DNA of 64,000 nucleotides from an uncultured Candidatus Micrarchaeota archaeon (GTDB lineage: Archaea; Micrarchaeota; Micrarchaeia; Burarchaeales; Fermentimicrarchaeaceae): contig CAVXDX010000008.1 in assembly GCA_963760615.1 (NCBI GenBank), forward strand, positions 64,001 to 128,000, given 5' to 3'. Positions 9,078-18,139 of the stretch are shown one piece after another. Position numbers and translations under genes: made by a program. How positions within the stretch are numbered: position 1 is the first letter of the stretch; every line of letters begins with the position of its first letter. The notes beneath the pieces are model-generated. The model saw only the letters and a program-made list of their open reading frames with translations, had not been told where the DNA came from and ran no database searches.

Positions 9078-9200
9078 ATGGAAGACGAGAAACTGTCGTT
9101 AGACGAACTTAAGCCGTTATTGCCGTCGTGGCTTTGGGAATTGAAAAAGAAGGTAAAGGAAGAGCGCGAACGGAATTCAGAGTCGTTTTTCAAAGCCTAG
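9078..9200 (+). CDS. Possible 40-aa protein
   Basis: MEDEKLSLDELKPLLPSWLWELKKKVKEERERNSESFFKA; overlaps integrase 3' end. Confidence 0.3.
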   Translation: MEDEKLSLDELKPLLPSWLWELKKKVKEERERNSESFFKA

Positions 9201-10382
9201 TTGGACGGCTTTCTTGTAGAGGAATTCCTTGAACTCCGCGTCTTTCATCAACGCGTTCATCAACTCGTCGCCATTCTTGCGCTCGTCCTCAACTTGAGCC
9301 ATTACTTGCGCATCCATTGGAGTACCGCAACGCAGGCAGAACTTGGCTATCGGCGAGTTCTTTTCCTTGCACCGATGGCATAAGCGCACCTTCAATTGTT
9401 CTTCATTCTTGTCTTCAGGTTTTGCCAAGCCTTGCAACGCCAACAATGCGTTGTCGACGTCTCGGCCGCTCAAGTGAACGTATACCGACGCCATTTCCGA
9501 GGATTGAACCCAGCCGAAGTATTCCTTCATTTGAGCTTCAGTCAATTTATCGGCTAGGAACGTGGCACGGGAGTGACGGAACAAGTGGGCGTAAACGCGT
9601 TTCTTGACTCCCGCTTTTTCCGCCAAGCGTTTTATCATAAAGTCAATGGAACGGTGTTCAGCGGGCTGGTTTTTGTTCTGGTAGTTGGTTGCCAAAGGCG
9701 GCCACAAAGGAGCTTCCGGGTCTCCCGCGTGGGCGTACACTTCAATCCAAGACGTCAGCGTGGGTGCCGAGCTGATGATCCGTACTCTTCTGTCGCCAGT
9801 CTTTCCCGTTACTCGCAAGATTGCGCCGTACTGATCGAAGATCACGTTCTTCATTCGCAGGCTGAGCATTTCGCCAATTCGGCAGCCGGATTCGTATAAG
9901 ACAAGAATCAGGGCCTTGTCACGGGGGTTGTTCGCTGCTTCCGCCAGTTTGAAGATCTCTTGCTCGCTTAAGAGCTCTTCGGGCAGCTTGTGCGCGTGAT
10001 TGTTGAGCCTAGGCTTCAACCAGCTGATTTCCGGCGGGAAAGTCTCGTCGTTTCCCTTCAGCCACTTGTAGAATATCTTCAGAATGACTTTGAAGTCGTA
10101 CTTCGAGTTCTCGGCGTACTTTTGGTTCTCGATTTCGCCGACTAGCTCGATCAAATCGTTTTTTGAGGCTTGCTCGAAAGGCATTTTCAGCCAATGCGAG
10201 AGAAAACGCAGGCCGTACATGCACTTGACGACCCTTAGGCGGCTAGATCCTTTCGCCAGGCGCACTTTCGAGAACGACAGAATCAGCTTCTTGTTCTCTG
10301 GACAGACCAGCGCGTCTTTTTCCACCCGAGCGCACGACTGCTCGAAATTCTTCATGCTCTTGTGCACTTCAAACCCGTTCAT
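9177..10382 (-). CDS. Tyrosine recombinase/integrase with C-terminal zinc ribbon
   Basis: ESGCRIGE (R), GKTG (K), HLFRHSRAT (HxxR), FGW, SVYVH (Y); CHRC...CLRC. Confidence 0.95.
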   Translation of the reverse strand: MNGFEVHKSMKNFEQSCARVEKDALVCPENKKLILSFSKVRLAKGSSRLRVVKCMYGLRFLSHWLKMPFEQASKNDLIELVGEIENQKYAENSKYDFKVILKIFYKWLKGNDETFPPEISWLKPRLNNHAHKLPEELLSEQEIFKLAEAANNPRDKALILVLYESGCRIGEMLSLRMKNVIFDQYGAILRVTGKTGDRRVRIISSAPTLTSWIEVYAHAGDPEAPLWPPLATNYQNKNQPAEHRSIDFMIKRLAEKAGVKKRVYAHLFRHSRATFLADKLTEAQMKEYFGWVQSSEMASVYVHLSGRDVDNALLALQGLAKPEDKNEEQLKVRLCHRCKEKNSPIAKFCLRCGTPMDAQVMAQVEDERKNGDELMNALMKDAEFKEFLYKKAVQLGFEKRL

Positions 10383-10476
10383 GCCTATCTTCCTCCGCGG
10401 AAGGGTCTTATCGGGTTTCGCGCCAAATTCGGCACGAACGTGCCAAACTGGCTAGTGCTTTGAAACGTGGTAGCAG

Positions 10477-10562
10477 TGCAGGGGGTGGGATTTGAACCCA
10501 CGAACCCGCTAAGGGACGAGGTCCTGAGCCTCGCACATTTGACCATGCTTTGCTACCCCTGC
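10477..10562 (-). tRNA. tRNA-Leu(CAG)
   Basis: GCAGGGG/CCCCTGC acceptor stem, CGAGG-CTCAGGA-CCTCG anticodon arm, long variable arm, TTCAAAT T-loop. Confidence 0.95.
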
Positions 10563-10661
10563 AGCGGTTGTATAGATACGAGTTTACTATATAAAAACAA
10601 TAGCGTAGCTTGGCGGATAAGGTTAAAAATACACAAGAATAAAAACGAATTCAGGTGAACG

Positions 10662-11840
10662 ATGGAAAAGAAACCTCTCTTAGGAGTTGGCAGAAACATA
10701 GTTGCACTAGGGGTAGTGAGCTTCTTCACAGACGTCTCCAGCGAGATGATTTTCCCCATCCTGCCTATTTTCCTTACATCGATTCTTGGGGCTGGCAAGG
10801 AGATAGTCGGTCTGGTTGAGGGGGTTGCCGACAGCATGTCAAGCATCTTTGATATACTCGTGGGATATTTCTCAGACAAATTCAGAAGGAGGAAGGATTT
10901 CGTCACTGCGGGCTACGGATTATCCTCCATTGTGAAGATAGGGTTTGCACTCTCAACAACGTGGTGGCATGTGCTTATTATGCGAGGCTTGGAGAGGGTT
11001 GGGAAAGGGTTGAGGACAGCCCCGAGGGATTCCATAATAGCTGCATCAGTAAATGAAAAAACAAGGGGCAGGGCATTCGGCCTGCACAGGGCAATGGACA
11101 CTGCAGGGGCGATTGTAGGCCCCATAATTGCGTATGGAATTCTCAGGTGGTTAGGCGAAGTCAAATCCACTTACTACTCTATTTTCTATGCTGCACTGAT
11201 TCCCGCATTAATTGCTGTTGCAGTGCTCATACTCTTCGTGAGAGAGCCAAAGAAGCCTGCTGAGATTAAGAGGAAGCATCCTTTCTGGGATTCCCTGAGA
11301 AAGACATCAGGCAGATATAAGAAATTCCTTGCAGTTTCTGTTTTCTTCTCCATTGCCTACTTCAGCTTCGCCTTTTTCATTGTGAGGGCTGCGGACATAG
11401 GGGTGAAGCCGGAGGATGTGCTGCTGATGTATATATTGTATAATATTATGTACATGCTTTTCTCAGTTCCAGCTGGAGTTCTCTCGGACAGAGTAGGGAG
11501 GAAGCCTGTCATTGCAGGCGCATTTGCACTCTACGGGCTCGTGTGCGCTGGCTTTGCCTTCGCAAGCAGCTGGTGGCACGCCGCACTGCTCTTTGCGGTC
11601 TATGGGGTTTTCGTTGCGACAGATGATTCCGTGAACAAGGCGTACATATCTGATTTGGAACCTGATGAGATAAGGGGCATGGCTATTGGGGCGTACAACA
11701 CTGCAACGGCTGCTGCATATCTTCCCGCGAGCATCCTAGTGGGAGTTCTATGGAGCACACAAGGACCTGTTGTAGGCTTCGGAGTTGCTGCAGTAATAGC
11801 AATGATATCTGCAGTTGCCCTTATGGTATACGGCAGATGA
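10662..11840 (+). CDS. MFS transporter
   Basis: About 12 TM; GYFSDKFRRRK and GVLSDRVGRK MFS motif A in both halves. Confidence 0.92.
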   Translation: MEKKPLLGVGRNIVALGVVSFFTDVSSEMIFPILPIFLTSILGAGKEIVGLVEGVADSMSSIFDILVGYFSDKFRRRKDFVTAGYGLSSIVKIGFALSTTWWHVLIMRGLERVGKGLRTAPRDSIIAASVNEKTRGRAFGLHRAMDTAGAIVGPIIAYGILRWLGEVKSTYYSIFYAALIPALIAVAVLILFVREPKKPAEIKRKHPFWDSLRKTSGRYKKFLAVSVFFSIAYFSFAFFIVRAADIGVKPEDVLLMYILYNIMYMLFSVPAGVLSDRVGRKPVIAGAFALYGLVCAGFAFASSWWHAALLFAVYGVFVATDDSVNKAYISDLEPDEIRGMAIGAYNTATAAAYLPASILVGVLWSTQGPVVGFGVAAVIAMISAVALMVYGR

Positions 11841-11860
11841 CCTATCTTTCAGAAAATGAG

Positions 11861-12970
11861 TGGGGCTGCTGAGAATTTACTTTTCAGTTCAATTCTCCCA
11901 CATGCCTCAAGCTTGATTCGGCTTTGAGAACTGCTACTTTACTCAGCTCAATTCCCATAATGAGTTTCCAAACTCCCCACTACAATTCTCGTTAGATTAG
12001 TATCCAACTCTGTGTACTTTATATATATTTTTCCAAAGTACTGAGTTCCTGCGTTTGTATTCTTGGGTAGGCTTCCACCTGCATCGGTGCATATAACGAC
12101 ATGGGAAGAGCCTGATTCCGATATGTTTTCCATGGAGCCAGAAGTCATCATTATGGGATTGGATTCATAGTTTCTTATACTAGTCATGGATGCATAGTTG
12201 CTAGAACTGTTCTGGGTGCATGTAACGCCAGTTATGTCTATTGTTTTGCCAGTTCCTTGACCGATACGAAGGTCTAGTTCGCCTGTGTTCGCATGAAGTT
12301 TATATCCTATACATTCTATTCCTGGGTTGAATTTACAACTTTCATATTTTGGGGCAGGCTCCATCCCTAGGTAGACTATAAATAAATAGAGGAGGATGAC
12401 GGCAAATGCAGCAATAGGTAGCGCATGTTTTTGTTTGGTTATGGAACCACCCACAGCTCCCAATACTGCACCAAAAAACATTGCCTGAACAGTTCCAAAG
12501 ATGAATATGAATAGGTAGATGGCACTGAAAGTTGCGAGGTCGGTTCCTGTAACGGGTCCTGCACTGGTCGGTTCCGTTGCAACCCCAACTATGAGGGCGG
12601 CTATTGTTATTACCGCACCTATCACAGAATATATGAATGCCGCGAATGCACCTGTGAGAAATGCATCAGTCAGACTAAGTTTATAGTTCTTCACTGCAGA
12701 GTAGCCCGCATATAGGAAAAGAGGCAGGCTGACTATTGGGGTTACAAGCATCCATAACGCCATAACGCTCATCGGGTTAAGAAAAAGACTGACAAGTGCA
12801 ACTGCTAACATTATAATAAAAATAATTGCCGGAGTTCGCAATACTTTGACTATTTTCTTCCACTCCATTTTACCACCGAGAAGTATTAGTATTCCATCGT
12901 ATATTAACCTACTGTCTTGAAAACTGAACTCATTTTCACGTCGTAAAATAAACCCATGGGGCTGCTGAGA
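11861..12970. mobile_element. One-gene islet at tRNA-Pro 3' end
   Basis: Exact 14-bp direct repeat TGGGGCTGCTGAGA at 11861..11874 and 12957..12970 (tRNA-Pro 3' end). Confidence 0.7.
11948..12868 (-). CDS. Multi-TM membrane protein with C-terminal archaeal pilin-like globular domain
   Basis: About 5 TM, then CKFNPGIEC...LRIGQGTGKTIDITGVTCT...GKIYIKYTELDTNLTRIVVGSL. Confidence 0.75.
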   Translation of the reverse strand: MEWKKIVKVLRTPAIIFIIMLAVALVSLFLNPMSVMALWMLVTPIVSLPLFLYAGYSAVKNYKLSLTDAFLTGAFAAFIYSVIGAVITIAALIVGVATEPTSAGPVTGTDLATFSAIYLFIFIFGTVQAMFFGAVLGAVGGSITKQKHALPIAAFAVILLYLFIVYLGMEPAPKYESCKFNPGIECIGYKLHANTGELDLRIGQGTGKTIDITGVTCTQNSSSNYASMTSIRNYESNPIMMTSGSMENISESGSSHVVICTDAGGSLPKNTNAGTQYFGKIYIKYTELDTNLTRIVVGSLETHYGN

Positions 12971-13029
12971 TTTGAACTCAGGTCACGGAGTCCCGAACCC
13001 CGGAGCATACCAGACTAGCCCACAGCCCC
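12957..13029 (-). tRNA. tRNA-Pro(CGG)
   Basis: GGGGCTG/CAGCCCC acceptor stem, anticodon loop TTCGGGA, TTCAAAT T-loop. Confidence 0.95.
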
Positions 13030-13063
13030 ATACTTTAAATATAGGCAGCGGAATAATTAAAGC

Positions 13064-14938
13064 TTGCAGGTGAATTGCTTGAAGGACCCTTTTGCTAAAG
13101 CGAGAGAAAACGTAATTCAGCTTATCTGCGGAAGCTGCCGCAAGCTGAAACTTCAGGTTACAGGGGAGGAGGTTGAGAAGAGCCTGGAATACCCCAAGGA
13201 GCAGTTTGGTGATTTGGCCAGCGCCATATGCTTCGAGCTTGCAAAGAGGGAGAAAAAATCCCCAAGGAGCATTGCAGAGAGCATAAAGGAAAGCATCAAG
13301 CCCAGTGGCGTCGTTGAGAAAGCGGAGGTTGCAGGAGGGGGCTACCTAAACTTCTATTTCAATTTCGGCAAATTCGCAGAACTCACGGTAAAGGCAGTTG
13401 AGGAGAGCAAAAATTACGGGGAGGTTGATATCGGCAAGGGAAAGAAAGCTCTGGTTGAATTCCCATCCGTCAACCCAAACAAGCCATGGCATATCGGCCA
13501 CTTGAGGAATGCCCTGCTCGGCGATTCTGTTTCAAGGATTCTTGAGTTTGCAGGCTACAAGATTGAGAGGGAGAACTATATAGATGATTTGGGCTTGCAG
13601 GTTGCGCAGAGCGTATGGGGATACATGAAGATGAGCAACAGAATTGAGGGCAAAGTGGACCACTGGCTCGGCAAGCAGTACGTTGAGGTTGCAAGAAGGA
13701 CTTCTGAAAAAGAGGTTGAGGAGGAAGTCAGAGTGATAATGAAGAAGCTCGAGGAAGGCGATAATGAAGTTTCCAAATTAGGGAGGGAGCTTGCTGAGAA
13801 GTGCGTCAAAGCCCAATATGAGACTGCTTTCAAATTGAACATTTACCAAGATGTGCTGATTTGGGAGGACAACATTGTGCAGACAAAGATGCTGGAGGGA
13901 GCAATTGATATGCTTCTGAAGAAAGGCGCAGCAATCAAGGAAGCTGAGGGAGCCAACGCAGGCTGCATTGTTGCAAAGCTGGAAGGGATGAAGGAGTTTG
14001 CAGACATGGAGAGCCCTGACAAGATTCTGGTGAGGTCTGACGGTACTGCTACTTATACAGGGAAGGATATTGCATTCCAGCTCTGGAAGTTCGGCATACT
14101 TCCGAATAGATTCATGTTCAGCGTTTTCATGAAACAGCCGAACGGGAAGCAGCTCTATACGACAAACAGGAGAGGGAAGAGAATGAAGTTCGGCAATGCG
14201 GACTTGGTTGTGAATGTGATAGGGGTGGAGCAGAAATACCCGCAGAAGGTGCTGCTGAGCCTATTGAAGAGCATGGGATATGGGAAGGAGTCGGGCGATT
14301 CAGTTCACCTCTCCTATGAGCACGCTTGGCTGCCTGATGAGAAGTTCTCAGGCAGAGAAGGGACATGGATTGGCTTTACAGCTGATGAGCTTATTGAGAA
14401 GGCAGTGGAGTATGCAAAGGGGGAGATAAAGAACAGATTCCGCGAGATGAAAGACGAGGAGAAGGAAAAGATTGCCCATGCTGTTGGAGTTGGAGGAATC
14501 AGGTTTGACTTCCTGAAAACGACTCCTGAGAAGAAGATAATATTCCGCTGGGAGGATGCCCTGAATTTCGAGGGCGACAGCGCTCCCTATATACAGTATT
14601 CCCATGCAAGAGCTGCAAGGATTATTGAGAAGTCGCCTGGAAAGAGCAAGGGAGTGGACTGCTCATTGCTGGATTCGCCAGATGAGAGGAGATTGGTGAA
14701 ACTCATTGCCAAGTTTCCATCAGTTGTGAGGAATTCCGCGAAAGACTGCAGGCCGCACTACATTGCGGATTATTTGATTGATTTGGCCACTGCCTTCAGC
14801 AAATTCTACACGACATCTCCTGTCCTAACTGCGCCTGAGAAGGAGAAGAAGGCGAGGCTGGCACTTGTTAGATGCACCAAGAAAGTTTTGAAGAATGGGC
14901 TGGAGCTGCTTGGCATAGAGGCGCCGGAGAGGATGTAG
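13064..14938 (+). CDS. argS: Arginine--tRNA ligase
   Basis: VEFPSVNPNKPWHIGHLRN (HIGH); FEGDSAPYIQYSHAR; DALR-type C-terminus; start uncertain. Confidence 0.96.
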   Translation: MQVNCLKDPFAKARENVIQLICGSCRKLKLQVTGEEVEKSLEYPKEQFGDLASAICFELAKREKKSPRSIAESIKESIKPSGVVEKAEVAGGGYLNFYFNFGKFAELTVKAVEESKNYGEVDIGKGKKALVEFPSVNPNKPWHIGHLRNALLGDSVSRILEFAGYKIERENYIDDLGLQVAQSVWGYMKMSNRIEGKVDHWLGKQYVEVARRTSEKEVEEEVRVIMKKLEEGDNEVSKLGRELAEKCVKAQYETAFKLNIYQDVLIWEDNIVQTKMLEGAIDMLLKKGAAIKEAEGANAGCIVAKLEGMKEFADMESPDKILVRSDGTATYTGKDIAFQLWKFGILPNRFMFSVFMKQPNGKQLYTTNRRGKRMKFGNADLVVNVIGVEQKYPQKVLLSLLKSMGYGKESGDSVHLSYEHAWLPDEKFSGREGTWIGFTADELIEKAVEYAKGEIKNRFREMKDEEKEKIAHAVGVGGIRFDFLKTTPEKKIIFRWEDALNFEGDSAPYIQYSHARAARIIEKSPGKSKGVDCSLLDSPDERRLVKLIAKFPSVVRNSAKDCRPHYIADYLIDLATAFSKFYTTSPVLTAPEKEKKARLALVRCTKKVLKNGLELLGIEAPERM

Positions 14939-14960
14939 CTCTGGTTGGGGCGAAGAAGCT

Positions 14961-15968
14961 TCAGACACGGAGCTTGTCTATTTCCTCCCTGCTTACAGGC
15001 TTCACAATTATCTTTCTTGAGAGCTTTGCAGGGCCGTATTTCACCAAGACATTTTTCTGCTTTGCATCTGAGTAGGCTGCAGTGAGCTGCGCTGCAAGCT
15101 TTACCGCTGCATCTGTTTTTTTGTCCTGAAGGATTGTTATGGGACTCCCGACATTGGGGACGTCAAATGCATAATCAGATTTGTCCTTTAGGCTGATTAG
15201 CATCTTATTCTCTCTTTCATTCCTGCCGACAATTATCTTGTTCTCCCCGAAACGGAAATGTCTGCCCACCTTCAGGAGCTGCATGTCTTTCATGGTCACT
15301 TTCTCCCTATGCTTGAGCAAATCTCTGACCTTGCTTGCAAATTCCTTGTAGGTCAGCAGGCATCCGCCGCCAGACGAGGGATAGTCTGTTATGCCAAATT
15401 TCTTGGCAAGGGCAATCTGCGGTTTTCTTGTCCTCCCCTCTATGGCAAGCAGTTTACCTCTGTCAACCCACCCCCTTTTCTCAGCCTCAGTCATTGGCAA
15501 TAGCTTCGCAGAGAGCGGCCTGAGCAGTTTCCCCTCCAAGCCTGCCTCCTTTTCTATAAGCTTCAACGCCCTCATGTGCTGGCTCATGGGCCTCTGGTTC
15601 AATACTTCTCCTGTGAGGATGAATTTCGCCCCGATTTTTTCGGAGTATGCCTTTGCCTTCTTCAATGTATATATCCTGCAGTCTATGCACGGATTCATCC
15701 CTGAGCCGTAGCCGAATTTGGGTTTTCTCACAACCATGATGTATTCATTCCCTTTCGCCATCACCTTCAGGGGGATTTTGAATTTCTTGGAGACTTCGAC
15801 TGCATAGCATCGGCCTTTCTGGTCGCACATGCAAAAAGGAGAGGTGAACTTCAATGCCTCTACATCTATTCCCTGGTCCAGCATGAGTTTCACTGCCAGC
15901 GTTGAATCCAGCCCGCCTGAAAGCAGCGCAACTGCCTTGATTCTCTTTGCTCTCTGTTTCTTTGCCAT
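14961..15968 (-). CDS. ThiI-like PP-loop tRNA thiolation protein
   Basis: LLSGGLDS PP-loop, NPCIDCR, TGEVLNQRPMSQ, GGCLLT; ATG at 15968 with GGTGAG SD. Confidence 0.8.
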   Translation of the reverse strand: MAKKQRAKRIKAVALLSGGLDSTLAVKLMLDQGIDVEALKFTSPFCMCDQKGRCYAVEVSKKFKIPLKVMAKGNEYIMVVRKPKFGYGSGMNPCIDCRIYTLKKAKAYSEKIGAKFILTGEVLNQRPMSQHMRALKLIEKEAGLEGKLLRPLSAKLLPMTEAEKRGWVDRGKLLAIEGRTRKPQIALAKKFGITDYPSSGGGCLLTYKEFASKVRDLLKHREKVTMKDMQLLKVGRHFRFGENKIIVGRNERENKMLISLKDKSDYAFDVPNVGSPITILQDKKTDAAVKLAAQLTAAYSDAKQKNVLVKYGPAKLSRKIIVKPVSREEIDKLRV

Positions 15969-15986
15969 GATGAGCTCACCAGTTAA

Positions 15987-17231
15987 CAACACGAGCGGGA
16001 AATCCCACACCTTTCAAAAGTGGGATGAAAGCGAACCATAAGAGAAAATTCACCTCTTCCAGTATATATAGCTTTTCACTGGAAAATACCCCTCCCAGAG
16101 GGTTATAAAGAGAAAAAACTCAGTAATGCTTGACATCCTGGAATGGAGGCAACTCCTTTTTCTCAAGAAACTCAACCACTTCCTTATGCCTGCTCAGCCT
16201 CTCAAGCTCGTTCACAAAATCCTGCGCTTTTGGAGTATAATACTGGCTATTCCCGTATACCATCGCTACAGCGACCCCAGTTTCCCTCCCTCCAAGCTCT
16301 TTCAGCAAGCTCTTTTGGTCCACTGGTTTTATTATAACTCCAACTCCCTTATCCTCAGTTGCATAGAATGAGAATTTATCCTTCTGGTCGACTCTCCCAA
16401 ACTCGAGAATATTTCCATTCGCGTCAAGCCTTACAAAAATTTTTGGGGTTTCTTTCTTAGAGTAGCCAACCCCCTCAAGAGTGCTCTCCCTGTAGGTTTC
16501 ACCAGCTCTCATTTCTTCCTTGAGTCTCTGAGCCTCTTGGTGGATAGTTCCCGCATCCTTATAGCCAACCTTTATCTCGTTTCCAAGCTCGCCCCCAAGG
16601 TTCTCAATGAGCTCCCTAGATGCTATCTTAATATATGGTTTGCTGAGTCTGCCAAGCTCACCATTATTGGTTAGTATAACATTTGGGCTCTCAAGCAATC
16701 TGTAATCAATATTATCGCCCTTCACATCAACGAGCAGTTTCCCTCTGCGAGGTTTTTCAGATGTGAGCCGTATACCCATTGCATCATCGGTTTTGAACAT
16801 GCCGAATGAGGACTGCGTCTTAAAACCATCCTTCAAAAGTGCAGGCCCTTCAAGATGTCTGCTTCCATCAGCAGAGAATACTGCCTTGAAAAAAGAGGTT
16901 TTTACAGCGACTCCCTTGTGGGTTATGGAGATTGGGTCTATGGTCTCCGTACTCCCATCAGGCCTTTCTATCTTTTTTATGTTAATCTCCTCTCCGAAAA
17001 GAGTTGAGCCATAGAGACTAGGTCTAGCCTGTGCAACTGTTCCGGGCATAAGGTTCACCTCCATTGAATTATGAATTTTTCAGCATCTTCCTGTATAGTC
17101 CTTTCGTATATCATTTTTGCTCATTCTATATTTAAAAATATATGTGTAATATGGGTAATCAGAAATAATTCATCTCAATTTAGCAGAAGCGAGCGAGAAA
17201 CCCACATTCTTCAGAGGTGGGAGCATGTCAC
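15987..17231 (+). mobile_element. Non-autonomous IS200/IS605 derivative: left and right ends enclosing an orphan gene instead of tnpB
   Basis: 15987..16117 aligns with the left end of the 55961..57277 element (about 14 differences in about 130 nt) after the same TTAA; 17190..17231 matches its right end (..GGAGCATGTCAC). Confidence 0.8.
16120..17049 (-). CDS. Orphan protein (about 309 aa) inside IS605 ends
   Basis: Long ORF; GGAGGTG SD before ATG 17049 (ORF track start 17064); no recognisable motif. Confidence 0.8.
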   Translation of the reverse strand: MPGTVAQARPSLYGSTLFGEEINIKKIERPDGSTETIDPISITHKGVAVKTSFFKAVFSADGSRHLEGPALLKDGFKTQSSFGMFKTDDAMGIRLTSEKPRRGKLLVDVKGDNIDYRLLESPNVILTNNGELGRLSKPYIKIASRELIENLGGELGNEIKVGYKDAGTIHQEAQRLKEEMRAGETYRESTLEGVGYSKKETPKIFVRLDANGNILEFGRVDQKDKFSFYATEDKGVGVIIKPVDQKSLLKELGGRETGVAVAMVYGNSQYYTPKAQDFVNELERLSRHKEVVEFLEKKELPPFQDVKHY

Positions 17232-17445
17232 AATCACTGTACCCTTACTCTCCCTCTTTTCTAAGTTCAGTATGTCAAATTTCCGGTTTTCCGCCACAGC
17301 AATTTTGGGCAGCAGCATTACCGCTTAAATTGTTCATCTTGATACTTAAGGCAATGCTCGAAATTCGAAAAACACATTAATAAATATTGCTTGCATAAAG
17401 ATAGTGCGCTAGGAGGTAGCGTATTAAAGTGCAATATCTACGAGA

Positions 17446-17537
17446 GGGCCCGTGGCGCAGCCTGGATAGCGCGGCAAGATAATTGTCCCGCAAGCCTTCT
17501 AAGCTGAAGGTCGTGGGTTCAAATCCCACCGGGCCCG
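17446..17537 (+). tRNA. tRNA-Arg(TCT) with 17-nt non-canonical intron at 29/30
   Basis: Body nearly identical to the tRNA-Arg at 55197; extra 17477..17493 forms a BHB (GCGG/CCGC helix, CAA and AAG bulges). Confidence 0.88.
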
Positions 17538-17566
17538 CTTGATATTTTAAAAAAGAGGGTGGCAAA

Positions 17567-17875
17567 ATGGGTTTGAAAGAGTTCCTGATGCCAGACTGGA
17601 GAAAGATTAGGGTATTTGTAATTTTATCTATTTTATCGTTTTTTTATGTATACAACTGTTATCCTCAATATTCATCTGGTATATGTGAAGCACACGGTTT
17701 ACCTCTTGCTTATTGGTCTTATTCTACAAGATCAAAAATGCCCCCAGTAATGGACACCAACTTTTCATACTTCGGATTAATTGGAGATTTGATTATTTGG
17801 TATCTCCTTTCATGCCTTATAATTTGGGCTTATGGTAAGTTGAAGAGAAAATCGAAGGGGAAAAAGAGGAAGTGA
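17567..17875 (+). CDS. Small membrane protein
   Basis: Two hydrophobic segments, basic C-terminal tail. Confidence 0.65.
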   Translation: MGLKEFLMPDWRKIRVFVILSILSFFYVYNCYPQYSSGICEAHGLPLAYWSYSTRSKMPPVMDTNFSYFGLIGDLIIWYLLSCLIIWAYGKLKRKSKGKKRK

Positions 17876-17879
17876 TGAT

Positions 17880-18134
17880 ATGGCAAAGACAAAGATGGAG
17901 CAGATTATCTCCTTGATGGAAGAGGTGATGAACGACACTTCCATACCGAAGAACGTGAGGAAGGCGGTGAGCGACGCCAAGGAAAAGCTGCAGAACGGCG
18001 AAGGGGAATTGAGGACACGTGCGAGTTCAGCGATATACCTCCTTGATGAGGTGAGCAACGACATAAACATGCCCATGCACGCCCGCACGCAGATTTGGAC
18101 GCTGATGAGCGCCCTGGAAACCGTGAAAAGCTGA
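17880..18134 (+). CDS. UPF0147 family protein
   Basis: DTSIPKNVRKA...LDEVSNDINMPMHARTQIW. Confidence 0.9.
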   Translation: MAKTKMEQIISLMEEVMNDTSIPKNVRKAVSDAKEKLQNGEGELRTRASSAIYLLDEVSNDINMPMHARTQIWTLMSALETVKS

Positions 18135-18139
18135 GCAGA

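Larger units (their letters stand above)
1..10476. mobile_element. Putative integrated element/genomic island adjacent to tRNA-Leu 3' end (left boundary not in window or obscured)
   Basis: Tyrosine integrase starts about 95 bp from the tRNA-Leu 3' end; pilin-like, MTase and HTH genes; visibly AT-rich cargo block 3.6-8.9 kb; no clear att duplicate found. Confidence 0.6.

Noticed and set aside
16076-16087. Mini-ORB-like TTTCACTGGAAA (also about 57181 minus strand)
   Set aside because: Lies within IS605 left-end sequence; no cdc6/orc1 gene or AT-rich unwinding element nearby.
17055-17114. 19-aa uORF before the IS-enclosed orphan
   Set aside because: Its ATG is only 14 nt after the TATA box, so it likely lies upstream of the transcription start.
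17232-17320. Removing the cargo element would fuse a 29-codon frame in-frame to the ThiI-like gene
   Set aside because: One-in-three chance; the extension resembles nothing, and ATG 15968 has its own SD.
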